From an uncultured archaeon (GTDB taxonomy: Archaea > Thermoplasmatota > Poseidoniia > MGIII > CG-Epi1), in assembly GCA_964578995.1 (NCBI GenBank), contig CAZOEZ010000002.1, forward strand, positions 1-62,383: DNA of 62,383 nt, in the 5' to 3' direction. Within the stretch, counting starts at the first letter, position 1. Every line of letters starts with the position of its first letter. Shown in pieces: positions 58,363 to 62,383 of the stretch. The notes beneath the pieces were generated by a model. That model did no database searches. It saw only the letters and a list, made by a program, of their open reading frames with translations, and had not been told where the DNA came from. Made by a program: the position numbers and the translations under genes.

Positions 58363-59966
58363 AAACATTTAGTCACAAATTCTTGAAGAGCGAATCATTA
58401 GAGGATAGACAGTATCAATCTAATATTTCCAAGGCATGTTTAGATCAATCAACACTTGTTATTTTACCTACGGGAATGGGTAAGACAGTCATTGCTCTCA
58501 GAATTATTTTGGAAAGAATAACTAGAGGTCAAATTCTATTGATGGCACCCACTAAGCCCCTTGCTCAACAACATTCAGATTTCTTCAAGCAGTATCTTGA
58601 TACAGATGTGACTTTATTCACGGGAGCAATATCACCAGAAGAACGTAAACCACTCTGGAAATCTACACAAATCATTGTTTCTACTCCACAAGTAGTTTCC
58701 AAAGATATTGAAAACGACCGTATAAGTTTAGAAAACTTTTCATTGGTTGTTTTTGATGAAGCGCATAGGGCGGTTGGGAATTATGCATATGTGGCGATAG
58801 GCAATCATTATTTTTCAGTAGCTAAGAATCATTTGGCTATAGGAATGACGGCATCACCAGGAAGTTCCAAATCTGAAATTATAAAGCTCTGTCGAGGTCT
58901 GGGAATATCGGCTGTAGAAAATAGAGATGATACTGATCCTGATGTGGTCGCTTACATCCAACCTATCAAAACGCGATGGGTGAAAGTAGGAATGCCAGAT
59001 TCAGTGAAACATGTTGCAAATCAATTAAGAAATCTTCAAGATTATTTGTGTGGCAAACTGTACAAGCAGGGTTTTCTTGAACGCCCTCGAAAAATTTCTA
59101 CGACAATGCTTCTGAAAGCTGGTAAACTTCTACAAGTAAAATATATGCAGACAAAGCCACAAACTCCTCCACAAATCTTCAATCTGATGACTACACAAGC
59201 TATGGCTATGAAGGTAGCCCATGCAATATTAACAGTTGAAACCCAAGGTTTGATTCAATTCATTGATTATGTTAAAAGAATAGAAAAAGATGCTAAAACA
59301 AAGAAAAAAGGTAACCGTGCTAATAAATGGCTTTCATCAAATTCAGATTGGAAAGTGGCTTTGCAGGTTGCGAAATCAAATGAAAAAGAAAGTCCAAAAT
59401 TAGACCGTCTATTCGAGCTTATAGATATTCAAATTCAGACAGGTTCTTCTCGTTTTATTGTTTTTGCAGAGATACGGCATACAGCATCTATAATTGTGGA
59501 TGCTCTAGAAAAAATCCCAAATGCTAAACCTGTTAGATTTGTTGGTCAAGGATCACGTGAAGGAGACAAAGGCATGACTCAGAAACAACAAAAAGAAATA
59601 TTAAACCGTTTTCGAGATGGTGAATTCAATATTCTAGTGGCTACTTCAGTGGGTGAAGAAGGTTTAGACATTCCTTCAACAGATGTAGTTATATTTTATG
59701 AACCAGTTTCCTCAGCTATAAGGCTTATTCAGAGAAGAGGAAGAACGGGTCGGAATAGACCAGGTGAAGTATTTATTTTTGTAACAGAAGGAAGTAGAGA
59801 TGAAGTGGCACTTTGGAGCAGTAAGGGTAAGGAACAAAGAATGCAAGATTTATTTTCAGCAGGAAGAATTGAAATTGATTTGCCTACTAGTGAAGAATTA
59901 TCTCTTCACAAATCAAGTAAAAAATTAGAAATTGAATCAGGACAAACCACATTTAATATCGAATAA
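58359..59966 (+). CDS. Hef/FANCM-like SF2 helicase without a nuclease domain
   Basis: YQSNISKA, PTGMGKT (I), FDEAHRAVGNYAY (II), TASPG (III), inserted helical domain, QRRGRTGR (VI). The protein ends about 70 aa after motif VI. The ATG at 58359 overlaps the corA stop (ATGA). Confidence 0.8.
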   Translation: MKTFSHKFLKSESLEDRQYQSNISKACLDQSTLVILPTGMGKTVIALRIILERITRGQILLMAPTKPLAQQHSDFFKQYLDTDVTLFTGAISPEERKPLWKSTQIIVSTPQVVSKDIENDRISLENFSLVVFDEAHRAVGNYAYVAIGNHYFSVAKNHLAIGMTASPGSSKSEIIKLCRGLGISAVENRDDTDPDVVAYIQPIKTRWVKVGMPDSVKHVANQLRNLQDYLCGKLYKQGFLERPRKISTTMLLKAGKLLQVKYMQTKPQTPPQIFNLMTTQAMAMKVAHAILTVETQGLIQFIDYVKRIEKDAKTKKKGNRANKWLSSNSDWKVALQVAKSNEKESPKLDRLFELIDIQIQTGSSRFIVFAEIRHTASIIVDALEKIPNAKPVRFVGQGSREGDKGMTQKQQKEILNRFRDGEFNILVATSVGEEGLDIPSTDVVIFYEPVSSAIRLIQRRGRTGRNRPGEVFIFVTEGSRDEVALWSSKGKEQRMQDLFSAGRIEIDLPTSEELSLHKSSKKLEIESGQTTFNIE

Positions 59967-60002
59967 GAACTAATATTATACCGACCTCTGCATTGGTTAT
60001 AC

Positions 60003-60671
60003 ATGCGTAGAAATCCAACAGTTCCGTTAAAAGAAGAGGTTAAGTACGGACATGGTTTTTTTAGAGGTGAAAAATGTCCTCTTAGTGGTGAGGATGGAGT
60101 TTTAGTAATGTCCCCGAGACATTTAGATCAGTTTGGAAGAATTATGGCCGGAGTATTGCGCCACTTTCCAGATCGATTTGATCTTGAGATGGATAAACAA
60201 GGATGGCTTGAAGCGTCTGAATTTGTAGAAGCAATAAAGACCCAAAGGCGACATTTTCATTATCTGGAGACACGTCATTTACAAGCAGTCGTTGAAACAG
60301 ATCCCAAGGGGCGCTATCAATTAGAAAATGGTAAGCTTAGAGCAACTTATGCTCACACACTGGATTTAGAACTTGATTTGCCTACTGATAAAAACCCCGA
60401 ACACCTTTATTTTGCCTGTTCCAAAGAAGATGCAGACGAATATCTTGAGCATGGTTTGTACCCTGGTGATCGTAATATGGTCCATCTTTCAAGTACAAGA
60501 CTTAATGCACTTGAGGCCGGTCGTCACATAATTGGAAAACCAATTGTTTTATTGGTTGATGTAAAAACAGCTGAGGAAAAGGGGATTGAAATTATGAAGG
60601 CAGGCACCACAGTTTATCTTTCGAAAGAGATATCTGGAGATTTTCTAAAGAAGCTTCCAGACAGTACATAA
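60003..60671 (+). CDS. kptA: RNA 2'-phosphotransferase KptA/Tpt1
   Basis: FGRIMAGVLRHFPDRFDLEMDKQGWLEASEF, HVHLS-like VHLSS, and overall length. Confidence 0.78.
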   Translation: MRRNPTVPLKEEVKYGHGFFRGEKCPLSGEDGVLVMSPRHLDQFGRIMAGVLRHFPDRFDLEMDKQGWLEASEFVEAIKTQRRHFHYLETRHLQAVVETDPKGRYQLENGKLRATYAHTLDLELDLPTDKNPEHLYFACSKEDADEYLEHGLYPGDRNMVHLSSTRLNALEAGRHIIGKPIVLLVDVKTAEEKGIEIMKAGTTVYLSKEISGDFLKKLPDST

Positions 60672-60685
60672 TTTTCATAATTAAT

Positions 60686-62242
60686 ATGGCTGCTGACCAA
60701 TATAATGAAGAGCGGAGACCAGTGTTCCGAGTTCTTATTAGCGTTAGCGATAAAGAAAAAATAGTTGATTTTGCAAGAGCATTAGATAGTTTAGAAATTG
60801 AAGTAGTTTCAACAGGAGGCACATATCAAACAATTTCTGAAAAAGGAATTGATGTAATACCGGTTGAAAAAGTGACGAATTTCCCAGAGATGATGGGTGG
60901 CCGTGTGAAGACACTTCATCCTTTAATTTTTGGAGGGATTTTGGCTAGAGATTCAGATTCCGAAGATGCCGAAAAACATAATATTGATTTTTTTGACATG
61001 GTCATATGTAATTTGTATCCTTTTAGAGAAGCAGTTTCTAAAGGTGTTGATTCAGAATCATTGATTGAGGAAATAGACATCGGCGGCCCTAGTTTGCTAA
61101 GAGCTGCTTCTAAAAATCATGCAAGAGTGGCAGTGGTTTCAGACCCAGCTGACTATGATTGGATTATTGATGAGATTAAAGCAGGTGGACTAACTTTATT
61201 ACAAAGACAAGATTTGGCTTTGAAGGCTTTCAGACACACAGCTGAATACGATACTACAATTCAAAAAGAACTAAGTTCTAGATTTGGAGAAGAAGGATTG
61301 CCCACCTCTTTACATATTTCAGGTATTGGCAGCCCGCCTTTACGATATGGAGAAAATCCACATCAGGCTGCTATTTTCTATTCTGATAATTTGTCATTTG
61401 GGCCGTCTATTTCGAATGCAGCACAGTTACAAGGTAAGCAACTTAGTTACAACAATCTTCTCGACTTTGATGCAGCATTGTCAATTGTTACTGAGTTTAG
61501 TGAACCAACAGCAATTGTTGTAAAACACAATAATCCTTGTGGTGCAGCTAGTGCAGAAAGCTTAGAACAAGCTTATGACTTAGCAATCAATACAGATCCT
61601 CAAAGTTCATTTGGAGGTATTATTTCTTTTAATCAAGAAGTATGTCGGAAATTAGCTGAAAAGATAACATCATCTTTCAAGGAAGGCGTTATTGCTCCTT
61701 CATACACTAAAGGAGCTCTAGAATGTTTGTCCAAAAAAGGAAATCTAAGGGTACTTGAGACTGGTAGTTTAGAAGATTATGAACGCAACCCAACCCTTCG
61801 TTCATTGGACAAAGGTTGGCTTCTTCAAGAGACAGATGAGGCAATGATTGATATTTCAAATTGCGAATTAGTAACTAAACGTAAACCTTCAGACGAAGAA
61901 TTAGAAGGTCTTCAATTTGGTTGGAAAATAGTTAAACATGTTAAGAGTAATGCAATTGTCTTTGCGAAACAAAAGAGGACAGTCGGAATTGGCGCAGGTC
62001 AAATGTCAAGAATAGATTCTGTTAAAATTGCAACTTTTAAATCAATCCCAAATCCTAAAGATAGTGTGATGGCCTCAGATGCTTTTTTTCCATTTAGGGA
62101 TGGGATAGATGAAGCGGCTAAAGAGGGAATTACTGCAGTTGTTCAACCTGGAGGCTCTGTTAGAGATCAAGAAGTTATTGATGCCGCCAATGAGCATAAT
62201 ATTGCTATGGTTTTCACAGGTATGAGGCATTTTAAGCACTAA
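60686..62242 (+). CDS. purH: Bifunctional AICAR transformylase / IMP cyclohydrolase PurH
   Basis: MGS-like domain (VLISVSDKEKIVDFARAL, STGGT), GGRVKTLHP, DIGGPSLLRAASKNH, KHNNPCG, the C-terminal AFFPFRDGID and QPGGSVRD. Confidence 0.95.
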   Translation: MAADQYNEERRPVFRVLISVSDKEKIVDFARALDSLEIEVVSTGGTYQTISEKGIDVIPVEKVTNFPEMMGGRVKTLHPLIFGGILARDSDSEDAEKHNIDFFDMVICNLYPFREAVSKGVDSESLIEEIDIGGPSLLRAASKNHARVAVVSDPADYDWIIDEIKAGGLTLLQRQDLALKAFRHTAEYDTTIQKELSSRFGEEGLPTSLHISGIGSPPLRYGENPHQAAIFYSDNLSFGPSISNAAQLQGKQLSYNNLLDFDAALSIVTEFSEPTAIVVKHNNPCGAASAESLEQAYDLAINTDPQSSFGGIISFNQEVCRKLAEKITSSFKEGVIAPSYTKGALECLSKKGNLRVLETGSLEDYERNPTLRSLDKGWLLQETDEAMIDISNCELVTKRKPSDEELEGLQFGWKIVKHVKSNAIVFAKQKRTVGIGAGQMSRIDSVKIATFKSIPNPKDSVMASDAFFPFRDGIDEAAKEGITAVVQPGGSVRDQEVIDAANEHNIAMVFTGMRHFKH

Positions 62243-62383
62243 TGGAAGAAATCTGGATATATTGTGGTGTTTGTGAGGTTGAGTGTCCGCACCAAGTTTT
62301 GAAAAGTAGAACATCTTCTAAACGAGGGTTCAGTTTTCAAGGCGTTGTAAAATGCTTAGAATGTGAGTTGACAGGCTCTATCG
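62242..62383 (+). CDS. Zinc-ribbon protein, N-terminal fragment (continues beyond the right window edge)
   Basis: My translation gives MEEIWIYCGVCEVECPHQVLKSRTSSKRGFSFQGVVKCLECELTGSI, with two CxxC pairs. The ATG overlaps the purH stop (TAATG). Confidence 0.4.
   Translation, partial: MEEIWIYCGVCEVECPHQVLKSRTSSKRGFSFQGVVKCLECELTGSI

Overview
62.4-kb, low-GC, very gene-dense chromosome segment. Many neighbouring genes overlap by 1-11 nt, several starts are GTG/TTG, and the longest intergenic gap is 161 bp. The host is clearly archaeal: aIF-2 beta, fibrillarin, Topo VI subunit B, GatD, KEOPS Cgi121, TrmY, Dph6-like diphthamide ligase, archaeal-type AlaRS and PGF-CTERM sorting signals are all present. 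GyrB, bacterial-type TopA and PurH, an OPT peptide transporter, an M29 aminopeptidase and many secreted PKD proteins suggest an uncultured marine heterotrophic euryarchaeon (Marine Group II/Poseidoniales-like). That placement is inference only; no database was searched. I support about 57 CDS, 3 tRNA genes (all with encoded CCA), one in-frame 36-bp tandem repeat and a few candidate operator palindromes. I see no rRNA, CRISPR array, transposase, integrase or prophage. Most of the window is housekeeping, and no clear-cut novel multi-gene system (for example a defence system) is evident. The most notable observations: (1) a thiamine salvage/regulation module (HTH-ThiN ThiR-like protein translationally coupled to an uncharacterised SSS symporter, facing a thiamine pyrophosphokinase) with perfect palindromes in its promoter; (2) a strongly AT-shifted DHCR24/DIMINUTO-like FAD oxidoreductase inside a prenyltransferase/sugar-activation gene array; (3) a 1786-aa Lhr helicase with a roughly 900-aa winged-helix-rich C-terminal extension; (4) a bacterial/poxvirus-type topoisomerase IB embedded in a housekeeping operon, making four topoisomerase families in one window, with gyrB and top6B both lacking their A-subunit partners; (5) a cysteine-free TopA C-terminus built from repeated ~55-aa modules; (6) a split RsmF-like methyltransferase; (7) a Dph6-GATase translational coupling; (8) several unusual surface proteins and a 92-aa protein resembling a single TBP repeat.
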